Assembly: GCA_051294375.1 (NCBI GenBank)
Contig: CM119265.1
Coordinates: 2,911,256-2,975,255 of the forward strand
From: Paraspadella gotoi
Lineage: Eukaryota; Animalia; Chaetognatha
Length of the DNA: 64,000 nucleotides
Direction of reading: 5' to 3'
The translations under genes and the position numbers were made by a program. The notes under the pieces were generated by a model. That model had not been told where the DNA came from, did not search any database, and saw only the letters and a list, made by a program, of their open reading frames with translations. How positions within the stretch are numbered: the first letter of the stretch is position 1; every line of letters begins with the position of its first letter. Shown in pieces: positions 38,894 to 51,480 of this stretch.

Positions 38894-41642
38894 ACGAACA
38901 AATAGTTTATGTTCTTCAATCCCATCACCAACATGAAAAACAACAATCAAAATATTTCAAGTACAAAAAAGAAGCGAAAGCGGGAGCCTCACTTAGTCGC
39001 CGCGAGTTTTACCGGCCCATAACATTCTCAGGGCTCGAACCCGGGACCATTGAGTCAACGATCAACGTCTCAAAAACACCCAAGTCGTCTTAAAAAACGC
39101 CGCCATTTTGAATTCTTTCGATAATATTCAAATAGAGGAGACGTGAGTCGCTCGACCCATTTGTCTTCTAAATTAAAAAGAACTTCGAGACTTCCGTTTT
39201 CGTCCACGGGAATGACGAAAGAAAAGTCAAACTCCTTGAAAGTCATCGTCTGCTCTGTCGATGTCGTCGTCGTCGTCTTCTTCTTCGTCGTCGTCTTCTT
39301 CGTCCCCTTTCCGCCAAGGAATTCTGTCGCCGATTTAACCGCTTTTTTCAAGATGGCGTCAGAGTCGTCGTTTTCATCGCAGTCGGAGATTCGGTCCGAA
39401 GAACTCGCACCCAAGGTGAGCAAAGAAGATTCGGGTCCGTCGTCGTAATCTTCATCATCGTTATCGTCGTCATAATCGTCGTCATAATCGTCGTCTTCGT
39501 TTTCATCTTTATCGTCGTTATCGTTGACGTCTTTCTCCAAACTTTTCCAAACTTCGGCAAAAACGACGGAGCTAACGTTCAGCATCAAAGCTTCCAGCAA
39601 AATCTTGCATTTCGTTTTGTCCGAATCAAAGCCTGTCAATTTCATGATGCGTAGCCTCGGGTACTTGATCGGCTCTGGGAACGGTCTCACCACGCGCTCT
39701 TCGAGAAGCCCATCGAATTTTATCGCGGGCTGTGGACGGAAAACGTAGCTAAGGATTTTCGGATTCTCGAGCTTTGAACCACACTTGTCGAGCCGTTTGA
39801 GGGTCTCTCGAGCGGCGTCGCCCATGACTCCGAAGAACTTGGACCTGAGTTTCTCTTCGATGTCGAGCAAATTGGTGAACTCGTTGACGGGATCGATGAG
39901 CAATGGATGCTGATTTTGGATGTGATGCGAGATTTTTTTTTTCTTTCCGAAAACGATTCTCAAGTTGTCCAGATTTTTGACGAGGAGGAGAAAATGACGA
40001 AAACATTTGAGCATCGTCCAAGGTCTATCGTTTACAGTGTCGCCATAAGCTTTGACGGCGAGCAATTCCAATATGTAGGCCTTGCCGTAGACGATTCCAT
40101 CGAACAGAACCGTCTGCGACCAGAATTTGGCCAACCGCGCCAGATCGGCAACGACGCTCGGTTGCTTCTTAAACCATTCTTTGCTCTGCCAAGAGAGAGT
40201 GAGGTGTTTGAAGGCCTCCTCCGGATCGGACGAATGCAGGGCCTCGTCGACGTCTTGGTTCCGCTGTTCCTCCGAAGGATCAGCCACGCCCTTGACGCTG
40301 TAGCGGACCGGGACGAGATCCAATGAAACTCCTTCGAAGAAAAAGTGAAGGAGAAACGAGGTCGATTTAAAGTCGGGAACTTTTAAATGAGTGGACCCAA
40401 TGAGAATGACCATCATTTGTTTGACGACGTCTTCGCGAAAAAGTTCTCGTCTTTCGTCCTCGTAGAAAATGACGGCGTCGACGTCGGCCTTTAATCGCGT
40501 CGAGGTGCGCTTGGAGAGTCCGCCCACGAATTCGTGACGGACGATTCGAAGATCCCGAGATCCATTTTGGATGAGGAGATCGACGACGCGCTGGAGGACC
40601 GCTTCGGCGTCCGCGACCCACTGAGGGGTCGGTTCTAAAGTCGCGGCGAAGCGTTTCAGAGGTTCTTCCGGTTTAATTTCTGTTTGTTCGTTCGTTTGAA
40701 TCGATTCGTTTTCCATCGTTTAGCGAATTAAAATATCCGTTGTGCGAAAAAACTTTTATCATAAGGTGCGTTTCGAATGATCATTAATATTCATTTTCAT
40801 TTAGTAAATTAAAAAAATCCTATAAGTAATCGAAACAACTTTATCATTCGATCAAATTAAAATATATGTAGTCGAAAGGATTAGAATTTTTAGATTTTAA
40901 GGCTATGTAGATTAAACATTAAATATAAAATCTCTTGGCGAGATAATTATATTTATTAACTAATTAAATCAAAGTTCGCTACGGTTATCACAAAACAAAA
41001 ATACCTGCTTAACTAATTCTCGGAAATTTCTTGCAGCCGGTTGAAGAATAAAAAACTGGTTTTATCATTCCGATTTGGTTTTGCAATTATATTTCATGTA
41101 AAGAACTTTTATTGACTCATTGAGAAAATCGAGAAAAATCCAGAAAAATCCAGAAATTGAGAAAATAATAAAACATAAATCTTCTGTGTTGTCTAAAGGA
41201 CTCGTTTGAGATTTTCCCCACGGATCCAGTTTCGTATAATCTCTGATTTTCTCATGGTTATCTAGTCGCGGGTACAGCTTTTTATATTTTAATTTATGAA
41301 ATAAGTGTAGTGAAGTGTGATGCTTTTAGGCGGGGTGAACCTATGCAATGCCCGACTACATAAGTAAAGGCAAATTCACTCAAAAGAGTTAAGACCGATT
41401 TTTTAATCACAATTGAATTTGTTTTATCAACACATTCGAATTTTAACAAAAATTAAAAATTTAAAAAAGAGAAAATCCACCAGTCTCTCTTCCTCACTCA
41501 TTTACTCATTCACTTATTTTTATTTAAACCCTGCGCGTATGTATATTTTTGGTCATATTTTATCTAATATATAATATTATGTATTCAAATATACTCAAGT
41601 GTCACCACATTCAACCAAGTCGCAATGACGGGCGCCCTCTCG

Positions 41643-41718
<76 letters not shown>

Positions 41719-44700
41719 CTGACTGAGCTTTTTGCTTGGAATTTTTAAGGCTACGTCCTCCGGCAACTGCTCCGACGGTCATGAGCAAAGACTCCAGCGT
41801 CATATTTACTCTTTTAGTGTTGTAAGACGGACTTACGTCTTTGGAGAGGGGGGGGAAAAGAAATTCGAGATATATTATTACTGAAAGTCTGAAAGTTTAC
41901 TGTCGGTGGAACAACAACGAGGTACCTGGTTTTCGAGAGAAAAAATCTACCAAGAATAAAATTTTAAATGTATTTATCATTTTATTGAATGGGTCCTGGG
42001 CTTGGAACCAGGCTTGAGGGTTTTCCACGCCCCCAAGGCGGTTTACGGCCGTCTTCAAACTTCCTGCAGAGTAAGTACCATTGGGGAGCGATCCCGGTAC
42101 CTAATGGTCATTAGCTGATATCATAATAGCATCAACGACAATGACAACAACAACAACAACGATCAACAGCAAACTGTCGCAACGATCGAATCCTGGTCAA
42201 TGGTCATTAGCTGCTATCATGAGGATTTCGTGGAGAAACTGAACCGCCTCATCCGCCTTTTTCAACCACTCTGGCGAGGGTTCTAAGGAGGCGGCGAACT
42301 TTTCGAGAAACTCGTTAATTTTTGACATTTTGTGGGGTATTTTTGTTGATGTTATTTTGTTATTTTTTTTTAATTTTCGAGCTTTAAAATAAGCTTGAAA
42401 CTCGTTGCAGTTATGCAAATGTATAGGAAAAAATTCTACGAAATTTGTAGACGAATTGATGAAAAAGATAGCCGACTCGAAAGCGAATGCGTAACGACAA
42501 AAATTCCTACTATCAAACGGAAAAGATTGTCTGAATTGAAAGAGTTCGTACTTCGCATATACACTTACCGTACATTGTACGTTAAACTGAGAAAGAAGTA
42601 TTGGCGCGAAAAAAAAAACGATCATGCCTCATCCTCATCCTCATCAAAACATTGATACGTAAGAGAAAAGAAATGAAGGACTCAAATTTTGTTTCATTTT
42701 GATTGGCGCGTTTTCGAAATTAGTTTCCAATTTTTTACATTTTTACATTTGAATCTTGGCAAAAAAAGTTACGCGAGGATAAACAAATTAGTAACCGGTT
42801 ATTATTTGTAATTTAGTCATTTATAGAATGAAAAGAGAACCTAAATCGTCCAGTCCTCACTGTAACATCGTAAACCAATGAACTCACCTCAAATCGGCCA
42901 CCACCGCCGCGACGTCGGCTGCAACTTCCTCGTTCAACTTTTCCGCGATGCTCTCATGTTTTTCCGCTTCGGTCGCCGTCGCAGTTTGCAGCGCCGCGAA
43001 AAGGGAAAAGTAGGTAAACTCGACATCGGCATCGCCTGGGGGAAAAAAACAAAGTAACAGTGAGGCTTTGTTAATTAATATTATAATATATCTATGATAT
43101 ATAAATAAGATATAATAACCATAATCAAAAGGGCACGTTTAAAAGAAAAAGTAATAATTATAATTATATCTGGTTTATTATTTATCGTTTGAATTTGTCT
43201 TAATTTATGAAATTCCGTCGGTTAATGCAATGATAAGTAAATCATGTTGTGAATATATCGATTTATTATTCTTTTTGTCATTTATTATTTTTTCAGTTTT
43301 AAAATTTCGATTACTTTAGATAATTCTCCATCAAGTTATCAATGTTTTAATCAATAAATTTCATATACCGAGAATAAATTTATACGTTAAATGCTTAGAG
43401 GGTAAAATGGTTACGACCCAATTTTTTTATCAGAATTTTAATTCACCGAAATAAAATTAAAAACTTTTTTTTCATTTTATTTTGTTTCCACTTTTCTCTT
43501 TATCACTTTCATCTACATCTTTTTTCCTCTCAATTATTTTCTTTATCACAATCTCATTCTCTCTTATTTTTGGCTCTCTCTCTCTCTCTCTCTCTCTCGT
43601 GCTTCTCTTTTCTTCTCTCTCTCTCTCTTCTCTCTCTCTCTTCTCTTTATCCCATCTCTCCCATCAACAAGCCTAGAATCTATGAACCCATTTTCCGTTG
43701 TTTTAACTTGGGTTTCGCGCTCTCTCCTTCTGGCCAACGCCTCTCTCTCTCTCTCTCTCTCTCTGATAGTTCGACACCCATTTCTCCACTGAAGTTATTC
43801 AATTTTTTTTCTTTATTGATTTTGTGATTCTGTCATTTTGTGATGTTATTCAGTGATAAAAAAAACTCGGAACTAAGATTGATGACCGCGTGAAAACTTT
43901 TAAGAAGACGACGACGACGACGACGACGACGACGAACAAAATCGCTGATTTTTCTTAAATTCAACTGATTTTCTCATTTAAAATTATCATGAAATTGGGA
44001 CAGCCAATATAACTAACAATTATCCATTCATTAAATAAATAAGCTATCTTGTTCATTGTTCAATGTTCATTGTTCAATGTTCAAGACTTTGGACAGGCTA
44101 TAGTCGGCCTCCTTCTCTATTATCAACTCCCAAAGAACCGAACAATAAATGAAGTTTTAAAATGATTTAAGAACTGTTTCAAATGTACAAGTCTTAGATC
44201 TTATTTAGTATTTTTAAGTATTATTTATCATATCTTTGTAAACTACATATTTCTTAATACAAATAAGAATTCATTAAATCCATTCGTTAATTTCCTGTTA
44301 AAATTGATAATAAATCTTCATTCTTCAATAAGACCTCTAAAGTTCTATTTTCTCAATTTTCAATCTGAATTTCTTTGTAAATTAATTTACGTTTCATTCA
44401 AATTCGTGACTTTGCATCTTTTTCCTCAATTTAAGTTGATCAATAGGATTTTGCTTTTTAAATTTAAATTAAAAGTTTTAATGGATGCGCCGTTTTCTTA
44501 AATTGAGGTTTCTCGTTTGTATATATATACGGTATATTAGTCAAAAAGGAAATATTATTATGTAATAGAGAATAAAAAGAGATATTAAGATGGACGATGT
44601 ATTAAGGGACGTGGCTTGTACGAATGTACGAATCTGAGAAAGAAAACTTTTTTCTTCCGAAGAAAAAAAGTGAAGTTCCCGCCAGATTTCATCTTCACAA

Positions 44701-44738
44701 ATCACATCGGCGAGATCGTGCGGCATATGGGGTGTGAA

Positions 44739-44823
<85 letters not shown>

Positions 44824-45792
44824 AGAAGAGAGAAGAGCAGAGAGAGAGAGAGAGAGAGCGAGATGTGAAATGCGTTTGTTTTCGCGATATTGAGTCCAGA
44901 CTTTGATTTTTGAAGGCAAAAAACTTGAGTAGTTTCGTCTGGGGATTATCATCATCATCATCATAATCATCATCATCGTAGTCGTGATTGTCGTCGTTGT
45001 CTTCGTCGTCAAATTAGTGATATAATCAATTAATCATGAATGTACTCATCATCATTATCTTTATCATTATCATTAATCTTTCTCGCGTTTTTCCTCACGA
45101 AGATTAAATCAAATTCAGTGAGTGAAAACGAGTGAAGCTTCGGATCACTGGGGAGGCTTCACTTTACGATACCAGCATCGCACGATTCACAACTCACATC
45201 GCACGATTCACTACTCACTTCACTCTTGATACGATGATGTGATATATAAAAAAAATTATTGATAATTGAGCTATAATACAATTGCTTCTGTAAACAAAGA
45301 AAATGAATTATTTTTTAGGTTTATGTACGTATTTAACTAGCTTTCGGAGATTTTTATTTAAAAAAGTTATATTTTAAGAAGCGATGGGTTGAGGAATGAG
45401 AAATGTCAACTATAAACAAATTTAAGTTTTAATAGTATTTTTCAAAAATTACGCGAAAAACGCCTCTTTTTTATCGTTGGATTGTAAAACTTTCCATATT
45501 TAGTGTTTTTCAGAACTCGAGGGCTCGCGATAAAACAAAGTCATAAAATGAGAAAAAAAATTTGGAGGAAACAATTTTGAAGATTTACATATAAAAGATC
45601 ATTATTAAAGGATAAATGATATTGGAAGAATAGAAAATACCTAAATTACAAGGAATAAACGGAAAAAGTGAACTGTGCAAGTGGTCACTCTAAAAATGAG
45701 AAAAGTTACGAAACAGGTCAAAGATATTTCTCACTCTCTCTGTCTCTGTCTTTTTTTTCTCCCCTTTTCCCTCCCACTTAATCTCATTCTTT

Positions 45793-45829
<37 letters not shown>

Positions 45830-45939
45830 TCTTTTTTCTTTTCTCTCTCTCTCTCTCTCTTCTCTTCCTTCATTTTTCTCCTCCTATTCTCTTGTTTATC
45901 CTGGGATATTAGATAAGAGTCCAGGCGGGTGAGATTAAG

Positions 45940-45981
<42 letters not shown>

Positions 45982-46404
45982 GTGTCTGGCTCTTGTCTCC
46001 TAACGACGTATCTCCTTAAGGCATCTTTCTTTTGGCATCTCCCAATCGGCATCTGCTCTGGCATCTGTCGCTACACGAAGTTCGCAGTTGGAGGTCAAAA
46101 GTGATCACAGTGATCACAGTGATCACAGTACAGTAAAACACAATACTATATTACTAATACCTTAGGGAGGTGTCCTTTTATACAATTGTTTATACAATAT
46201 TTTATACTTCATTGATTGATGAATCTGGGCGCAAACACTATTTAAATCGTACTTTTCAATTTTGTTGTCCTTTTTTTTTCTCTCTTTAATCGCAAACAAA
46301 ATGTCAATTGTTCATTTGTCTTTTTTTTTCTCGGAACCAAAATCGAATGTCTGGTTTAAGTCTCTCGTCAGACGAGATCGACATGTGAATAGTGATTCGA
46401 TTAT

Positions 46405-46488
<84 letters not shown>

Positions 46489-47785
46489 TCCTCGGTGGCC
46501 TGAGGGTTTTTCTAAAAACCCCGACTGGGATCGAGACCTGGATCTGGACCCGAACCCGGGACCCGCACCCGGCGCACCCCGAAATCGGCGTCGACCTTGG
46601 CCGCGCCCCGAGTCCTGACCTCGAAATGAGACTTTTACCGCCTCTCATTTTACCATTTCTGGGACACCAGGGGGAAGAAGAAGGGGGGGAGGAGGAAGAG
46701 GAGGAGGAGGAGGAAAAGATTCGCCCTAGATTGGAGTGAATCTGGAGGCTGATCTTCCCGCGGAATTTCAAAAGTCGCGCAACTTAAAACGAATCACACC
46801 TTTAATAATCGGGTCATATTCATTCGGAGAGATACATTCGGAGGCCTTAAACCACCAAAGCCTGTCCAAAGTTAGGGGCAGGATAGCTTATTTATTAAAT
46901 GAATGGATAATTTCGACGTGTCGATAAAGGCTTTAAAAATGTTGTTCTTTTTTTTTGGGGTTACTTCGTCTGTCTTTTTAATGACCTTTTAATAATTTTC
47001 ATTTTTAATTTTTATTTTCTACTGTGACCCTTTAATAGTTCATAGTTTATAGTTCATAGTAGTATAGTATATGAAATTGGTACAACCAATATAAAAATTA
47101 AAAAAAATAAAAATATACGTAGTTCTTAAACTCACAGGAAAAACCGCTTGATTAAATGCTCAGTAACCCGTTTTACAACAATTACAATGAATTAGATAAT
47201 TTCATAACACAAAAGTTGTCGCCAACTGAGCTTTTTTGGGATCCGAGATTATTTTTTCTTTACATAACATTACATTACATTACAGACAATACTGTCAGAG
47301 TCAAACTTGTCTGTGAGTCTTAATTCAATTTTCAGGGTCTTTTTATGTTATTATCTTGTGAGAGGGATGGAGGCCCTAAACCCAACATGGCCTGTCCAAA
47401 GTAAGGGGCAAGATACCGTAATGAATAAATAATTTTTATATTGGTTGTATCAATTTAATTTACAATTCATTTACATTAAATTACTCTTTAATCTCTCTTC
47501 TTAATCTACCCAGAAATTTGACTTAGACTAAGCGACAGAAGTCCAAGCAACCCTCACCCCAAAACCTCACCTCCCCCCCAATTTATACTCACCCTTCTTC
47601 TTCGGCTGGAACGCCTTCACCAACTTCCTCAACCCCTTGGCGTGCTCCAGCTCCAGCTCCGCCCTCTGACGAACGAATTGGCCGAATCGCTCGCTGAATT
47701 CGATCCCTCGCTCCGTCGCGCGGACGAAGTTGTCCAGTTGATCCTTGGAGACGCGGATGCAGGTCGAAGCCTCCGTCAAGTACAT
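33322..47785 (-). CDS. F-BAR and SH3 domain protein, CIP4/FBP17/Toca-1 family
   Basis: Exons 47593-47785 ([49 protein letters not shown]), 42888-43035, 38323-38490, 36112-36377, 35429-35636 ([12 protein letters not shown]), 34567-34904, 34019-34242 and 33322-33641 (SH3: ALYDF...[11 protein letters not shown]...EGYAPTSY). A 1-nt frame deficit lies in exon 6. The start codon is uncertain. Confidence 0.88.
35105..35352. repeat. (GTCGA)n followed by (AAAACAAGTC)n simple repeats
   Basis: Directly visible tandem units. Confidence 0.85.
39070..40716 (-). CDS. OAS: 2'-5'-oligoadenylate synthetase-like nucleotidyltransferase, intronless, 548 aa
   Basis: [21 protein letters not shown] (hG[GS]...DxD), a third Asp in [42 protein letters not shown] and [14 protein letters not shown]. 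These parallel the OAS1 motifs GGSSGKGT..SDADLVVF, LIRLVKHW, YALELLTVYAW and PVILDPADPTGNL. Confidence 0.88.
   Translation of the reverse strand: MENESIQTNEQTEIKPEEPLKRFAATLEPTPQWVADAEAVLQRVVDLLIQNGSRDLRIVRHEFVGGLSKRTSTRLKADVDAVIFYEDERRELFREDVVKQMMVILIGSTHLKVPDFKSTSFLLHFFFEGVSLDLVPVRYSVKGVADPSEEQRNQDVDEALHSSDPEEAFKHLTLSWQSKEWFKKQPSVVADLARLAKFWSQTVLFDGIVYGKAYILELLAVKAYGDTVNDRPWTMLKCFRHFLLLVKNLDNLRIVFGKKKKISHHIQNQHPLLIDPVNEFTNLLDIEEKLRSKFFGVMGDAARETLKRLDKCGSKLENPKILSYVFRPQPAIKFDGLLEERVVRPFPEPIKYPRLRIMKLTGFDSDKTKCKILLEALMLNVSSVVFAEVWKSLEKDVNDNDDKDENEDDDYDDDYDDDNDDEDYDDGPESSLLTLGASSSDRISDCDENDDSDAILKKAVKSATEFLGGKGTKKTTTKKKTTTTTSTEQTMTFKEFDFSFVIPVDENGSLEVLFNLEDKWVERLTSPLFEYYRKNSKWRRFLRRLGCF
41720..42328 (-). 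pseudogene. Decayed OAS-like paralog (N-terminal and C-terminal remnants, SINE between)
   Basis: ATG 42328 gives [37 protein letters not shown], against [29 protein letters not shown] in the intact gene. 41740-41820 gives [13 protein letters not shown], against [13 protein letters not shown]. Confidence 0.65.
41991..42117 (-). mobile_element. SINE family 2 copy
   Basis: Matches 18937-19065. Confidence 0.7.
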
Positions 47786-48798
47786 CGTCAATTCGGGGGG
47801 AGAGGGCGTTTCAACGAAGGTTCTGAAGGGGGTGGTTGCGATGTTGATAGGGAGTTGGCGATTTTAAATGGAGGCTAACGAAGGTTTTGCGGTTTCGAGT
47901 TAAAGAGAGAAAAAGTGAGTCATTAATCCTCCTCGTTGTCGTTGTTGTTGTTACGTTCCATCGCACAAATTATTTCTTATCGTCGCATTTTTGATATTAC
48001 TTAGAATTTCGGGTCGGGCTCTTGTTGTAGTTGTTGTTGTCGTTGTAGTAGTTGCCCTTTTTTTTTAGTTCCGCTGCCTCGAGGCTTCGATATTTGATTT
48101 ATTCTTTCAATATTTTATCGCTCAGAAAAATATTTTCTCGGCGTTCCAGGAATATTTCAGTTTTGCTCGTAAATATTTGAAGGAGTTCTTGGAAGTTTTT
48201 GAGAAAAAAAAGTTCTTGGTCAGTGGCAGCCGTGGCAGTGGCAGTGTCACTCTTACGCAGTGGCAATCGTCGCAGTGGCAGTGTCACTCTTACGCAGTGG
48301 CAATCAACCTGGAATAAAATGTGTTACGATTTTTTAGTTCGAATTTTGTAAATTTGTGAATCCGTTAATTTGTGAATATGTAAATCTGTAGATATGTATA
48401 TTTGCATCCGCAAATTAACATATTTGTAAATGCATAAATCTTTGAATGTGTTTCTTCAAATCTGTAAATTTGTAAGTTTGTAAATCTATAAATCTGTAAA
48501 TTGTGATTCCGTGAATCATTAAATGAGAAGTCTCCGCTCTCAGCGAGTCACGTCTTGTCGTGAACGGACGTTGACTCCGTTCATCCATTACCGATTAAAA
48601 TTTTTGAGAGAGAGAGAGAGAGAGAGAATATCGATCAATTTACCAAAGAAGATTATATATACCAAGTATTATCCGCATCGAAAGAAAAATAAGGATTTTA
48701 TTGCCAAAAATCGATTCCCACCGAAATAAAAAAAAGATGTGACAAATTTCTTATCGATTGAATGTCAACTTTTGCCAACGAAAGTCTTCGTAGTCGTC

Positions 48799-48885
<87 letters not shown>

Positions 48886-50578
48886 CCTGAAAGAGATTGA
48901 AAAGTTAAAAAGCAAACAGACACACAACTTAAAAAACTCATTTATGCGTGACTTCTCATTAGAGCGAGAGATGTAATTTGAGTAAATAGAGAAGAAAGCG
49001 AAAGAGAAGAGAGAAGAGAAAAAAAAGAGAAAAAAAAAGAGAATTGTGAAGAGAGAAAAGAAAGAGAAAAAGAAAAGAGAAAAAGAAAAAAGAAAAATAA
49101 GGGAAAGAGAAAAGGAAGGGAAAGAGAAAGAGAAAAAGAAAAAAAAGAAAGAGAAAAAGAAAAGAAAGAGAAAAAGAAAAGANNNNNNNNNNNNNNNNNN
49201 NNNNNNNNNNNNNNNNNNNNNNNNNNNNNNNNNNNNNNNNNNNNNNNNNNNNNNNNNNNNNNNNNNNNNNNNNNNNNNNNNNNNNNNNNNNNNNNNNNNN
49301 NNNNNNNNNNNNNNNNNNNNNNNNNNNNNNNNNNNNNNNNNNNNNNNNNNNNNNNNNNNNNNNNNNNNNNNNNNNNNNNNNNNNNNNNNNNNNAGAAAAA
49401 GAAAAGAAAGAGAAAAAGAAAAGAAAGAAAAAAGGGAAAAGAAAGAGAAAAAGAAAAGAAAGAGAATGAGGCGAGAGAATCAAGTTGAAAAACCGGGGGA
49501 GACCGGAAAAGAGATTTTTTTTCTTTTTTTTTCTTTTTTTTCTTTTTCTTTTTTCAATTATACTTTTCACACATATTTTTTCTCGCCGTTTTAGGCCTTA
49601 TCTTTTCAGAAGCGCTCCATTTCATCTTAAATTCGGAATTAAATTAATTTTTATGTTTAAATTAAGGATAAGAAACGGATTAAGTATCGGGTTAATTATC
49701 AGGTTAAGGATTAGAGTTAGAGATTAGTTCATTGATTAAGTTTAAATTAAATGATTAAGTATTAAATTTAGTAATAGATTAAAATTAGATATTAAAAGTA
49801 ACTTTAAAAATAAAGGAACTGAAATTAGTCGGTTTTGGAAAAGAGAGTCTCGTTTTGTCTTTAGTAATTTTTTTTTTTCGATTGGGAAAGAGTCGACTTG
49901 ATCGGGAAAAAAATATTGAGTAGAGTCGCCAGCGAAATGTCACAATCGACAACGAAATATCACTGTCAGTGACGACAAATCAGTTGCTGAAGTACAATGT
50001 CAATGTTTGTGACAAAATGGCGGTTGTTCTTATCAATGGCAATGGCTGTTTATCAGAGTCGGCGACGAAATGAATATCATTCTTTATGATGGATTTCCGC
50101 TGTTTATGATAAAAATTTAAGTTTTTTTGAAAACGGCTTAAATTATGTTTTATATTCATTTGCTTAAAATTTAAGCTAAATATGCGAAAACCATAAATAT
50201 TTTAAATTTGAAAAAAAATGTTATTTCTGCTCTTAACCAAAAAATAAAAAATAAATAAATAAAAACTGTCGTCGCCTTAAAGATTAACTTCTTGATTTCC
50301 TTAATTCCCTTAAGAGACTCCGCCATTTAAGGAAAAAAAAACAGTCCCCCAAAACAAAAAAACATAGAAAACAGAAAAAGAAGCCGGTTTTCTTATTTTC
50401 TTTTTTTTTTTTTTTTTTTTGGGCAAAGTCCGCCCTCTTTCACACGGATGACAAATTTCACCGACAATTTTTTACTCTTTTTTCTTCTTTCTTTCTTAAT
50501 CTTAGCCATTCTAGATTGAGAGAGAGAGAGAGAGCGCAATAAGACGCCGTTTTGACAATACTTACTAAGAGAGAGAGA

Positions 50579-50625
<47 letters not shown>

Positions 50626-50924
50626 GAGAAGAGAGATATTAATAAAGTTTATGAGGGAGACGGAAGAAAGCGATAAGATAAAAAGATCGAGTTTCTAAAA
50701 GTCAGTATCTTGTTTGATGCTTCGTCTGCTTTTATTATTTCTTCGTTTTTTTTTTTTGTTTTTTTTTAGTAAAAAAATTGTTCATGATATCAGTAGATTT
50801 GTAGATTTTGTAATTGTGGTTTTTTGGTTTTTTTTTTTTTTTTTTTTTCAATTTAATTTTTTCTCTCTTTTCATACTGAAGTTTCAGGGCGAGATTCAAA
50901 AAATGGGAAAACATTAACAGTTCA

Positions 50925-50958
<34 letters not shown>

Positions 50959-51049
50959 CCTTTTAATTCTTTTTTTCCTCACTCTCTCTCTCTCTCTCTA
51001 TCTCTCTTCCCCTCCACTAAACTCACTCTTGTTTCGAATTCACGGTGAG

Positions 51050-51480
51050 AAAAATCTCACGCCGTCTCTAAAATCCTTGAAATTTCATTGGTTTTAAAAT
51101 ATTTTGCAGTTCCCGATTGGTCGGCTCCTCATTTCGCGTCCCAACGTCATCAATTTCAATCTTAATCGTTCCGAGCTTCCAATTGGTCGGTTAGATCCGA
51201 GAACAATTCTTTCCGATTAGTCAGATCAAGACACCCCGAACTCCCATTGGTTCAAATTTTGTTCTCGTCGCGGATGCTCGATTCCCATTGGCCGAATTCG
51301 AGAGAATCTCTCTCGCGACGTGATCGGAGAAAAAGTTGACTCGCGGCTTCGAGGTTCCGCTTCTGTGGATTCGAACGCGACCGTCGAATAGGATGGTCGC
51401 CGCCACACCGAGGAATCTTTTATTTGGGGACAACAGATGGCTCGAACGGGTCTTGGGGGTGACGAGAGATTTTCGAACGG
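51050..51480. promoter_or_regulatory. CpG-rich putative promoter with clustered CCAAT boxes
   Basis: At least five ATTGG/CCAAT motifs and a TCTCGCGA motif, upstream of the F-BAR gene. Inference only. Confidence 0.35.

Noticed and set aside
39143-40326. Plus-strand ORFs overlapping OAS
   Set aside because: Antisense shadows of a GC-rich coding sequence.
39070-40716. Bacterial CBASS CD-NTase or contamination
   Set aside because: Motifs follow metazoan OAS, the gene is embedded in a host intron among host repeats, and no operon is present. Phylogeny is still needed.
46485-46720. GC-rich island as an extra F-BAR exon
   Set aside because: The flanking exons already splice in frame with continuous F-BAR homology, and no convincing splice pair was found.
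48959-49594. K/E/R-rich and F/S/L-rich ORFs (also 55357-55996 and other (GA)n ORFs)
   Set aside because: Purine-rich simple repeats and N gaps.
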